Assembly: GCA_002269645.1 (NCBI GenBank)
Contig: NIVC01001022.1
Span: 62,001-126,000 of the forward strand
DNA length: 64,000 nucleotides
Reading direction: 5' to 3'
DNA from: Macrostomum lignano
Taxonomy: Eukaryota
Shown one piece after another: positions 38,101-49,656 of this stretch. The stretch's first letter is position 1. Every line of letters starts with the position of its first letter. The notes beneath the pieces are model-generated. The model had not been told where the DNA came from and searched no databases. It worked only from the letters and a program-made list of their open reading frames with translations. The translations under genes were made by a program, and so were the position numbers.

Positions 38101-39367
38101 GATCTGTCGCGACTCCGCTCTCTCCCGGAGGGTGAAGCGGCGGCCCCAACAACCAGAGGCGACCGCTCATTCTCCTTGCCAGCGCTGCGCCTGCCGCTGT
38201 TGGGCCGCAGGTCGTTTTTTTGCACAATGCCAGTAGAGGTGGCCATGCGCTTCTGGGCCTTGCGCTGGGCCAATTCCATCTGCTTGCGATTTCTCTGATC
38301 GCGAAGGTCGTCTTCGTCCATTACGCTGGGGACGAGAGGGAACGGGGGTGCTTGCGGTTATCGATATGGATTGCTGTGGGTGGCAGATTGACTTGTAGGG
38401 GATGTAGGGTGCTGTAGGGGGCATCTGCTGCTGTAATTTGTTGTGTCATGAGTGCTGTAGGTTCTGTACGTTTTTTATGTAAACTACTGTAGGATTCTGT
38501 AGGATTCTGTAATGTATAGTACTGTAGGTTTCTGTATTGTAATGTAGAGGGTGCTGTATTGTAATGTAGAGGGTGCTGTATAGTACTGTAGGGTGCTGTA
38601 TAGTACTGTAAAGGGAGCTGTATAATACTGTAGGGTGCTGTATAGTACTGTAGGGTGCTGTATAATACTGTAGGGTGCTGTATAATACTGTAGGGTGCTG
38701 TATAGTACTGTAGGGTGCTGTATAGTACTGTAGGGTACTGTATAGTACTGTAGGTTGATGTATAATACTGTAGGGTGCTGTATAGTACTGTAGGGTGCTG
38801 TATAGTACTGTAAAGGGTGCTGTATAATACTGTAGGGTGCTGTATAGTACTGTAGGGTGCTGTATAGTACTGTAAAGGGTGCTGTATAGTACTGTAGGGT
38901 GCTGTATAGTACTGTAAAGGGTGCTGTATAATACTGTAGGGTGCTGTATAGTACTGTAGGGTGCTGTATAGTACTGTAGGGTGCTGTATAGTACTGTAGG
39001 TTGATGTATAATACTGTAGGGTGCTGTATAGTACTGTAAATTGCTGTATGAAAGTCTAGATTGCTGTATAGTACTGTAGGGCGCTGTAAATACTGTAGGG
39101 CGCTGTATAGTACTGTAGGGTGCTGTTGTCGCCAACATGACTATACTCTCTTTACCTTCCGGGTGGAACAAAGGACTTATCGTTGCTGTACAGGCTCTCA
39201 AAGCTTGGCGCCTTTGGAATGGATCTGAAATTTTAAAAGCAATTACTTTAGCTTGTAGCAGTGTTCATTAACTAAAGTCAAACGACATATAACAAAATAT
39301 AACATATAGCTTACTTCACGTCTAAATGATTAGCATAATTACTTCTACTGGAGACTGGTCGTTCCAT
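32103..39367 (-). CDS. TUB: Tubby/TULP family protein, ~608 aa; exons 39315-39367, 39156-39224, 38093-38325, 37037-37680, 34052-34661, 32321-32404, 32103-32236
   Basis: Complete tubby domain (LRPAPQG...[43 protein letters not shown]|[22 protein letters not shown]|[39 protein letters not shown]). N-terminal S|VMDEDD echoes TUB S-VLDDE. All junctions are GT-AG and phase-consistent (1827 nt). The first two exons are less certain. Confidence 0.95.
32497..33962. repeat. 31-bp tandem array GACAGAGTGACATTGACTCTGCACTACTGTA in a tubby intron
   Basis: About 46 units, with a 533-bp higher-order duplication. Confidence 0.97.
35131..35842. repeat. 46-bp tandem array TCTAGAACTCCATGAATGACTGGTCAGTCCTATTTCAGATCGCACA in a tubby intron
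   Basis: About 15 units with 49-bp variants. Confidence 0.96.
36461..36850 (+). mobile_element. 3' fragment of a Loa/I-group non-LTR retrotransposon (CCHC zinc-knuckle tail), antisense in a tubby intron
   Basis: CRQT...[21 protein letters not shown]....[19 protein letters not shown]...RL.YLG is the typical LINE C-terminal C-x2-C-x7-H-x4-C region; frameshifted after ENLCQL. Confidence 0.8.
37735..38085. repeat. AG-rich low-complexity tract filling a tubby intron
   Basis: Polypurine tract between the exons ending 37680 and starting 38093. Confidence 0.88.
38505..39122. repeat. ~20-bp array TGTATAGTACTGTAGGGTGC in a tubby intron
   Basis: Direct periodicity. Confidence 0.95.
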
Positions 39368-40159
39368 GTCCTATCTAATTATTTTCAAAAAGCAGTCTAG
39401 TCTAGTTTTAAAACAAGAAAACTTTTAAAATAAAACGCCCGGGTTCCCAGTTAATCCTAGAGATTAGCTTCAGCTGAACGTCTCTAAGCAGACCTTTTCT
39501 TTCAGATTTGCAAGAGCCTGGCTTGATAAGGGCGAATTGCAAACGGGTTTGACGCTTTAGAGAGAGAGAGAAGGGAGAAGAGGGCGACAACGGAGAGGGA
39601 GACCAGGACGAAAACTCTGGACGGGAAGAGCAGAGTGGGTGGGGAAGGAAGGGATAGAGGCTGAGAGGAGGAGGCTACAGAAATCTTACAGCGATTTCAA
39701 TTTGATTCCCTATACGACCCTGACAGTGGAGGTCTGATCCGATCGCCAATCTACACGTGCACGCAAACTTCTAGACTGGCTAATAAAAAATGCTGTACCC
39801 AGAGCAAGCAAGTACTGTGAAACAAAAAAACTGTGCACCCTGGGGAGTAGACTTTGGGGAATGAAGGCTTAGATACGAAAACTTCAGAGACAGCACGATT
39901 TTAAAACTATGAAACTAGGATCCCAATTTGCTGAATAATTTAATGACACATGCTTCCAGTCTGCTCAAATTTTGAGCACTACAATTTTACATAGTAGAGT
40001 AGAGTATTACCATGCAACGCTTCGGGGAAGGTGAATATTAAGCACGATTCTCTCTTACTGAATGCTTATTGTACTTTTTTAATCAGGATTTAACGCTATA
40101 AGCCGATATAAGCCGATCGATTTTGAAAACTAAAGTATTCTGTGCTGAGCCGCCCGCCA

Positions 40160-40660
40160 CTCTCGATCACCAACTCTTTGATAAGCCGCCACTCTTGCTG
40201 ACTCTTTGATAAGCCGCCACTCTTGCTGACTCTTTGATAAGCCGCCACTCTTGCTGACTCTTTGATAAGCCGCCACTCTTGCTGACTCTTTGATAAGCCG
40301 CCACTCTTGCTGACTCTTTGATAAGCCGCCACTCTTGCTGACTCTTTGATAAGCCGCCACTCTTGCTGACTCTTTGATAAGCCGCCACTCTTGCTGACTC
40401 TTTGATAAGCCGCCACTCTTGCTGACTCTTTGATAAGCCGCCACTCTTGCTGACTCTTTGATAAGCCGCCACTCTCACCAACTCTTTGATAAGCCACCAC
40501 TCTTGCTGACTCTTTGATAAGCCGCCACTCTTGCTGACTCTTTGATAAGCCGCCACTCTTGCTGACTCTTTGATAAGCCGCCACTCTTGCTGACTCTTTG
40601 ATAAGCCGCCACTCTCACCAACTCTTTGATAAGCCGCCACTCTTGCTGACTCTTTGATAA
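40160..40660. repeat. 28-bp array ACTCTTGCTGACTCTTTGATAAGCCGCC
   Basis: About 18 units. Confidence 0.97.
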
Positions 40661-41170
40661 GTTTAAATTCTATGAGAAATATATTCTTAATTAAAACAAA
40701 CAAAGTCTTCTGTTCAATAAGCATGCTCAACTTACAAAGTAGTAGTCTAAAAATAACTGGTCTGAGAGGTAAAGCCAATCCAATTATCTAGCGACTCCAT
40801 TTCATGTTAAAATTGAAAGCATCAGCAGAATATAGGTGAAAATGGAAAAAGCTGAGAGCAAAATCCAATTTGTGTATCGAATGAAAAATCACTAAAAAGA
40901 TTAGAAAATGTTAGCTTACTCGAATAGCAGAATATCAATTTCAAATAGTGACAATGAGCCGAGCTATAAATAGATTCTTCTTTGCTCAAAGCGAGTTAGG
41001 AGCAATCACAGAATTACGCATCACAATGATGAAGATGAAAAACACAGACTCATAATGTTGCCTAACTTGAATACGCAGTTAGCTCAATAAGCGGTGACAA
41101 ATGTTATTGGTTACAAGTCTAGTCTAAAAGCTATGATTGACGAATACACTGGTATATCACTTATTATTTT

Positions 41171-42010
41171 GTCCTTCAGTGACAGCCCCTGTTGTCCTTC
41201 AGCAACAGCCCCTGTTGTCCTTCAGCGACAGCCCCTGTTGTCCTTCAGCGACAGCCCCTGTTGTCCTTCAGCGACAGCCCCTGTTGTCCTTCAGCGACAG
41301 CCCCTGTTGTCCTTCAGCGACAGCCCCTGTTGTCCTTCAGCAACAGCCCCTGTTGTCCTTCAGCAACAGCCCCTGTTGTCCTTCAGTGACAGCCCCTGTT
41401 GTCCTTTCAGAGAAAACCCCTGTTGTCCTTCAGCAACAGCCCCTGTTGTCCTTCAGTGACAGCCCCTGTTGTCCTTTCAGAGAAAACCCTGTTGTCTTTC
41501 AGCAACAGCCCCTGTTGTCCTTCAGCGACAGCCCCTGTTGTCCTTCAGCGACAGCCCCTGTTGTCCTTCAGCAACAGCCCCTGTTGTCCTTCAGTGACAG
41601 CCCCTGTTGTCCTTTCAGAGAAAACCCCTGTTGTCCTTCAGCAACAGCCCCTGTTGTCCTTCAGTGACAGCCCCTGTTGTCCTTTCAGAGAAAACCCTGT
41701 TGTCCTTCAGCGACAGCCCCTGTTGTCCTTCAGCGACAGCCCCTGTTGTCCTTCAGCGACAGCCCCTGTTGTCCTTCAGCAACAGCCCCTGTTGTCCTTC
41801 AGCAACAGCCCCTGTTGTCCTTCAGCGACAGCCCCTGTTGTCCTTCAGCGACAGCCCCTGTTGTCCTTCAGCGACAGCCCCTGTTGTCCTTCAGCGACAG
41901 CCCCTGTTGTCCTTCAGCGACAGCCCCTGTTGTCTTTCAGCGACAGCCCCTGTTGTCCTTCAGAGAAAACCCCTGTTGTTCATCAGAGAAAACCCCTGTT
42001 GTGCTTCAGC
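41171..42010. repeat. 23-bp array CCCCTGTTGTCCTTCAGCGACAG
   Basis: About 36 units with AGAGAAAA variants. Confidence 0.97.
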
Positions 42011-44289
42011 GACAACTGCTATTCTTATCCAAGTGTTGTGAAGAAATTAGCTATATAATACTAAATTCCTACTGAGAGTAGAACTGCAAGTGCAAATACA
42101 ATAGATATAAGGATGCAAAAAATATCAGGACAGCATATTAAATTAGCGCTATTGGGTATTTTATTCTCAAATACAATATCAAGAACTATAAAAATAAACA
42201 ATTTTATCTACATGCTTAAGAGTACATGTTTGCTTTTTACTAAGTGATTTAAGCTATAAGCATTTAAAAATGTTATCAGAATAATATATTGGTTAACTAA
42301 ATACTAAATCAAAAATATTATAAAGATTTAGTAAAATTCACTCAAAATTTGACAATTTCTCTAAATAACATTTATTTGGAAGCTCAATTCAATTTAATTT
42401 AGTCTTAGTACAATCAATATAAGCTATATAAGCAATTTAGGCTATGATGAATAAAGGCGGGAAGATGGCTTCTTTGTTGTAGCAGATAATTTGATTAATT
42501 TATGATCCAGTAGCCAATTCTACCCTTAGCAAACTTTGCAGATTTAATATTTTTATATTTAGTATAGTTGGATTATTTTGGATAGTTGGATTGGTACTAG
42601 CCTAATTTGATGCATCTAGCAATTTGATGCAACAGCTAAGGGGCCCACAAGCTTGAGTGAGAAGCTGAGCAAAGAAAAAGCAAAGGGAAAGAGTGGCCAC
42701 TGACTGCAAGAGTATATTTAGAGTAAACATAATAGTACCACCCTAATCCAAAAACTAGACAAACCTCCCATGAACAATGTACATGTACAAATTAATTGAT
42801 AGAATATATTGTGTAAGAATATCATAACGTCAATAAATGTACATAGATAGAACTACTTTATAAGAAATAATATGATATGAATGAAAAATATATATAATAA
42901 AATAAATACATATGAGGCTACAAAAACAAAGAATCCAACAGTAACACAAGCGCAAAAATAATATGTATAGAATATTGTTAAAATAAATTAAAGAATACAA
43001 GTATTATAGTACAATATGCATGGGAGATAAGGAAATATAGTAAACATATTTCTACGAATTATACTGTCACAAGGCTATATATATTATATAAAAATAAATA
43101 GAAAGCTTTTAATATCTAGGAATTTATATTTTTGTTGATTTATTATTATAGAAGTTATAAGGCTTTTTGTTTATTTTTAATTTTTTAGTATATCATTTTG
43201 ATATGGCCTAATAAAAAGGCTTTTAGCCTCTAAATTGGGCTAGAGCTAAAATTGATCATATATATGCATAGACAAACCATTTTTAGTATGTGATTTTAGA
43301 AAAAACTCATTTTTATTATATTAGATATACTATATAAAACTTAAAATTTAAATTATTAGCAGTAGTTATTCTCAATCATACAATTTTCTAAGTGATTGGC
43401 TGCACATAAATATAGATTTCATAATGTAATTTTATGAGCTACTAATTTTACAGAATTAGTAATTTTTTTACAAAAAGTGTAAAATTGTTGTTAATGCAAT
43501 CCTTTACTTATTGGCTAGGGCTACTAGTACCAGTATGAATAAATAAACATAAAATGATGTTGCTACAAAATTTGACTTCAAATCAAATCAAGTTAATCAA
43601 GTTAGTTAAGTAATAAAGTTAATACGCTTTTCTACCACTTTCGTATAGTACCTAGGCTTACAATTATAAATAAATGGCATTAAAATCGAATTAACTGTTG
43701 TTGCTTCGATAGTTTCTTACAGTCATACACATAGTCAAACATCCTTAATAAAATATAATTTTGCTCATCTGTCAAGCCAACCCTCATCCTTAAATTAAAC
43801 GTAAACGACGGACAGGGAAACGAGCTACGAAACCCTCTTATTTAGAAGGCCAACCCTTAAGAAACTATCAAGTAAAGTAAAGTAATTAGTAATGCATATG
43901 TTGAGGTCAGTATAGTCTGACTGACTTTGTCAGTTGTGGCAAAAATCATGAAAAAGTTCTAAGATTCCTCGAGTCGAAATAGATTTGTTAGGAAATAGAA
44001 ACAAATGTTAAAAAGAATGGACGACATTTTAAGCTTTTATTTCTACCTTTAATAATGAAAGTAGAGCTGCAAGTTATATAAAAATTTCAAAAAAGGTTGT
44101 TAGATAGCTTTTTACAAACTTGCATTCAAGAAAGTCACGAAAATAAAATGGCGCAAATACAAATATTCATATTTTACGCGGATATTAAACCGCGTTACAA
44201 ATGCAATGCTCAACTTTTAATAATACAGATATGCTAGTTTATTGGTCATTAGGACTATAACCGAGCATTGAATAAATCGATTGCTATTT

Positions 44290-44530
44290 TCCTTTATTGT
44301 TAAAATTGCGCCACTAAGTTTATACACCTGTTTGCGGGCTTGCATAGACAATTTTGGTCTTTTCATGCAATTTAACGGTGATTTAAATACTGTTCGATGT
44401 TCATATAGTCGCTTATAAAAAGGCAATGGGGTGGAGTCTATGTACTTTCAAGCCACACCATTCTGATATATTTTCTTGATATAAATGTATTGAATATTTA
44501 CGAGTGCAAAAAACATACACTGCACTCATG
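44290..44530 (-). pseudogene. Possible GIY-YIG endonuclease relic (Penelope-like element)
   Basis: With one frameshift: VYVFC...CGLK/YIDSTPLPFYKRLYEHR, resembling the VIY..C..C...YIGxT.R.L..R..EH motif. Short and degraded. Confidence 0.4.
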
Positions 44531-44560
44531 TAAAGTGCAGTGCATGGATATTGTAATGTA

Positions 44561-44790
44561 GATTTGTAGCCTAGTGATTAGAGCGTCAGAATCACGACTG
44601 AAAAGTTTGAGCTTTGATTCTCGACCCACGCGAAACAATTTGCTTCCTTGAGCAAGACACTTAACTATATGAATTCCTTCTTTAGTTCACCCAGTTGCAT
44701 GCATCCGTTACTAGCATTAGCTGGGGTAAATACATGTACGTCGAGCGACAAATGCCGCGGCTGAACTGTCAGCTGCACATCTGCCCGTAA
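44561..44790 (+). mobile_element. CORE-like SINE, copy 3 (more diverged)
   Basis: TAGCCTAGTGA A box, CCTTGAGCAAGACACTTAAC..AGTTCACCCAG core, and a GCACATCTGCCC tail shared with copy 2. Confidence 0.78.
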
Positions 44791-45316
44791 GCTAGGGCAC
44801 GATTAATAGAAAAGATTTACTAGAAAATACAAAGCAGGTACTGTACACATGGGTCGACATGGAAACACCCATTTAGTTTAGCGCCATAAAGAGATGGAAT
44901 TAGAAAGACGCGTCGTAACCAGCTGTGCATGTCTAACTGGCAAGTTTCATGCAGCATCCAGCAAGCGAGCATATGATCATATGGTTCAACTTGTAATATT
45001 TGTAAAAGTTTTAGGTACATGTAATAATTGTATATTATTTTCAAAGTCAAAACTGTGTATTTGCTAAATAAGCATGCAGAGAAAATAAATTCTTACGGCC
45101 GGATAACATAGATTTCAATATTTTCAGTTGGTTTTCTACTAAAAAATTATGCTCTATGCTATAGAATACAATAAACATTTGGCTTTTGGTATTGTCAGAG
45201 ATAAATTTATAAACGCATACTTCTAAATAAATTTTGGCGCTTTTCGCAAAGTACATTAAAATGTGTACTGTTTTTTTCATTTTTTCATTATAGTTTTTTT
45301 TAATATCCTGCCCCGG

Positions 45317-47945
45317 TCAAACAGCTCTGGCTTGCAAGAATCGAGTTGCCCTGGCTTTAGCAATACGCTCGTCCTCGCTGACCCATTCCGGGTCGACAGC
45401 GTACTCTCTGGGCGGCACCTCGAACTGGTCGACTTGCCGGAACATGGTCTTCATTGTGGCGTTCCAATCGTCGGTGCTCGAACTACTCACTTTCGGCGTG
45501 GACACTCGCATCTCGCGACTGTAGCTCTGGGCCTCCTGGTCCGGTCTGGTGAGTTTAGTTAGGTTTGCTTGTAGCTGCATGCATATTGAGTCAGACAAAT
45601 CGAATGTTAGGAATTTAGGACTGCCATTCCACTGATTCCTGAGCATGTTCATGTACAAGCGCACCAGTACTGTACGCAGGCACTGCACTCAGACACACGC
45701 TCACACAGGGTGTACAGCGGCCCTGAACTGCTAATTGTCAGACATAGTATGCAGCCAACTACCGTGTATGTCTAAACTCGAAATGGGTATATGCAGATCA
45801 TGTACAGTTTGTTCAGTGCTTAGCTTAGAATATGAAGGTAGCAACTCGGTGAAGCCTACCAGTATACAGCCTCGGGGCGGATATATAACTCTCAATAACT
45901 CTTGATCAACAGCTTTAATTAGTGTGCTACTCGATAACGAAAATATTAATTTTCAAATTTCATCGACAGGTCAAACGTCGGATTGCTGCACGGGCCCTTG
46001 AGCCCTTGAATTTGTGCGTAATTAAGTACTTTTTTATTTATTAGAGGCAGGGGCTGCAGTGTGCACCTGGTGCACTTGAAGCGACATTGTCACACAACCT
46101 GCAAGAGGCATTTATACTGCCCATTCCGCCGACTCCCCTGAGCAGGCACACAAGCGCAAGGATACGTACGCAGTCATACGCACAGGCGGCCTAAACTTCA
46201 TATATATCGTTAGTCATGTACACTTCCCTGTGCCTTGGAGATTGAAATCAAAGGCGTTAATTGCACGAGCAGAGCCAAGCCGGATTCCAATTTAGCCCCA
46301 AATTAATGTGACTGCACTTGGAATCGAGCCACATCAGGCACATCAGAGCGTCGCTCTACCTAATAAGCACTTTAAGAATCTGTATAGACGACTCACTTGA
46401 GCACCACAGCTTCCCAGTCGCCAAGCTGAGAAGTCCTATACTGGGCCGTGTCGGGCCTTGGCGAATTCCAGTGCGGCGCCAGCACGTTGTTTCGATTCAA
46501 CGCGTTGAATTTGAATTCACTTTTCGGCGGTCGAATTGTCACCTCGGTGTAATATTTCAAATCGTCGAGGCACGGATCTGGCTGCTGGATGTGCGACGGT
46601 CTTAGAAAGCGTCGCGGCCGATGACTGATGGCTCCACTGGCCGGGTCGGTGCGGGCAGCTGGCTCGCTTTGGCTTTCAAAGAATTCGTTTCGAATGCGTC
46701 TGGTTCCTGTGGGGGCAAGGAGAAGTCGCTTTGAATTGCAGTACCTCAGCAAGTTGCACTTGGATGTTAGGGTGCCAGGAGTAATGAAAATTGGTACGGG
46801 CAAGTGTCGGATTTGGTGACAGCCAGTGCTCAGTTGGATGCAAGCAAGCAGTGAATTGTTTGTCCTAATGATGAATGGGATGTCATGTCAAAGGAATGTC
46901 GACTTCAGTGTCAAGGGAGTGTCAAATCCGGTGTCAGATGAGTGTCAAATCCTGTGTCAGGGGAGTGTCAAATCCGGTGTCAGATGAGTGTCAAATCCAA
47001 TGTGAGTGTCAAATCCAGTGTCAGATGAGTGTCAAATCCGGTGTCAGATGAGTGTCAAATCCAATGTGAGTGTCAAATCCAGTGTCAGATGAGTGTCAAA
47101 TCCAGTGTCAGATGAGTGTCAAATCCGGTGTCAGATGAGTGTCAAATCCAATGTGAGTGTCAAATCCAATGTGAGTGTCAAATCCAATGTGAGTGTCAAA
47201 TCCGGTGTCAGATGAGTGTCAAATCCAGTGTCAGATGAGTGTCAAATCCGGTGTCAGATGAGTGTCAAATCCAGTGTCAGATGAGTGTCAAATCCGGTGT
47301 CAGATGAGTGTCAAATTCGGTGTCAGATGAGTGTCAAATCCAGTGTCAGATGAGTGTCAAATCCGGTGTCAGATAAGTGTCAAATCCGATGTCAGATGAG
47401 TGTCAAATTCGGTGTCAGATGAGTGTCAAATCCGGTGTCAGATGAGTGTCAAATCCGGTGTCAGATGAGTGTCAAATCCGGTGTCAGATGAGTGTCAAAT
47501 CCGGTGTCAGATGAGTGTCAAATTCGGTGTCAGATGATCGTGTCAAATCCGGTGTCAGATGAGTGTCAAATCCGGTGTCAGATGAGTGTCAAATCCGGTG
47601 TCAGATGAGTGTCAAATCCGGTGTCAGATGAGTGTCAAATCCAATGTGAGTGTCAAATCCAGTGTCAAATGAGTGTAGACCCGATGTCAGATGAGTGTCA
47701 AATCCGGTGTCAGATGAGTGTCAAACCCGGTGTCAGATGAGTGTCAGATCCGATGTCAGGGAATGCACGTTACTGCACCTTCAGAAAATAGTACTTTTAT
47801 AGTTCTGTTGCCATGCGAAACGTCACCCGACTGTTTTACCACAGCAGCGCTAATTAGTTGAAATATCTGTGACAAACTTACGCGATCTAATGCGATCAAG
47901 CTCCTGCATCTTGGCGTGAACTTTTGGTGCTCTATCCGATGCCAT
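45317..47945 (-). CDS. Uncharacterised 200-aa protein; exons 47882-47945, 46397-46706, 45317-45545
   Basis: MASDRAPKVHAKMQELDRIRS|RTRRIRNEFFES...WEAVVLK|PDQEAQ...RFLQARAV*. Strong GTAAGT/GTGAGT donors, pyrimidine-CAG acceptors, phases 1 and 2 consistent (603 nt). Confidence 0.82.
46905..47760. repeat. 23-bp array GTGTCAGATGAGTGTCAAATCCG in intron 1 of the 200-aa gene
   Basis: Direct periodicity; the unit is itself a diverged dimer (GTGTCAGATGA/GTGTCAAATCCG). Confidence 0.97.
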
Positions 47946-48341
47946 GTTTATATAGCTCTATTGTTTGTCGATCGCTGCACGTGAAAACTACAGTGGCTGC
48001 TATGACGGTTTTAGTTGAACTGTTTAAGAGTTTGAGATAAAAGACCCGAAAGAAAAGAGCAAGCAAATTTATAAGCAGCTGTTAAGCACTGCGGCAACAA
48101 ATGTACATCAATTTGGATTTCATGCAGCAGAACAAGAGAGCAGATGAGAGGCGACGATGTGCAGACGATGCCAAAGAATGAAGTTTACAGACTCCGTATC
48201 CGAGTGCTACTATACTATCTTAGTTCGAAATCTGTTGTATTAAAGTGTCGCGTAGTGACTAATTATGAATCATAGCATTTTTCAAGCTATTAGAAAGTGC
48301 GAGCAAGGAATTCAATAATCGATTGGAAAGTTTTGTGCAAG

Positions 48342-48518
48342 GAGTTCTATAATTAGCAACCTGGAGCGGAAGCGAATTTTACCTCTTGAGGCCACGCCAA
48401 TTGAAAAGATAAGGCTAGCACTGAATCCATGGCTTTGTCTGACTCTGCCTATGCTAGTCTAGCCTCATGAGGTAAAACTGAAAGACGTTTCCACTCCAAG
48501 TTGCTAATTATAGAACTC
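48342..48518. mobile_element. Small MITE with ~50-bp imperfect TIRs
   Basis: GAGTTCTATAATTAGCAACCTGGAGCGGAAGCG..TTTTACCTCTTGAGGC pairs with GCCTCATGAGGTAAAA..CGTTTCCACTCCAAGTTGCTAATTATAGAACTC. AG flanks both ends. Confidence 0.82.
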
Positions 48519-49656
48519 AGGCTTGGATTTGTGGAGTCATTTATTGTCTATGGTCGAAACCATGATCGCTTTAAGTCAACCAAAAAAGTCAAGTTTTACT
48601 TTTTACTTTTGTTTTATCAGTAAAGTTTTGGATGCATTTTCATTATTTTCATATTTATTTTTCCGTTGATTTCTTCGATCATTAGAGAATCGAAATGACG
48701 GTTATTCATAGTTATAATTAATTTTATACGCTTAACATTCGTGCAAGATTTACTGTAAGTAGAGTGTTGTCTGAAAATTATACGTAAACATGCAAACATC
48801 GAAATTAACGGTCACCCCCAGCCCCAGAGCCCCAAAGTCAATGCTCGAGCTAGAGGTGCCTGCCGGTTTGCAATGTTGCAGCTGAGCCACCTTAAATAAT
48901 TGAAAAGAATTTTAACGAGGTTGAATGAATAAAACAAATGAATGAAAATATAACGAAGGGCAGTGATGAATTGCTACGTTACAATGCATGCTTTCTTAAA
49001 TAAGAAATGCATTCCGAGCTCAAAACTCCGAGTGTTTGTGAGCTGTGAGTATCATGGTATACAAATAAATTGTATTGCCAAAATGGAGAACACCCAACCT
49101 CGTGAAGCTTGGAGAAAGGCTACAAAATATGAATGTACATTACGCTGAATGAATGTACATTCTATACTCGTACCGAAGTGTACACTGAAGACTGCCCCAC
49201 CCAAGAAGGCGGATAAGTTTTTACAGAATGCTCGAGTTGTGCATTCACGCAGCCGAAATACTGGAGTAGAGAGAGACGAACAAGACTGAATGAATGAATG
49301 AATGAAGAGGAGAGACTTTGCTAGACAGACAGAAAAATGCAGGGTTGCTGTGTGGGCTGGCAGCGAACCTATACCGCTTGAGCTGTGTGAAGAGTTGCAG
49401 ATTTTTTTGTTTTACCACGAGTTTTGGCCACAATAAATTAAAAGGTTTTTAAGCTGGTTAAGAAGATACACAGCTAACAGTTACTAGTATATTAGAAGAC
49501 AGTTAAGTTCATCTTGCAGTCAAAGCAATTTTATTTGCCATTGAGAAAGGCCTCTAAGCCTTGAAACATGTCGAACTGATTTTAATAACAGTTTAGAATA
49601 TTTTTTATCATACTTGCTTAAAGTTTTAGAGCTGTTTTAGAAGTTAATAACTAAAT

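Noticed and set aside
38325-39367. Alternative-frame uORF ending in a TAATG stop-start overlap at the tubby MDEDD codon
   Set aside because: It needs a weaker upstream donor (GTAATT). The strong GTAAGC donor at 39314 gives a continuous in-frame protein with the conserved S|V junction.
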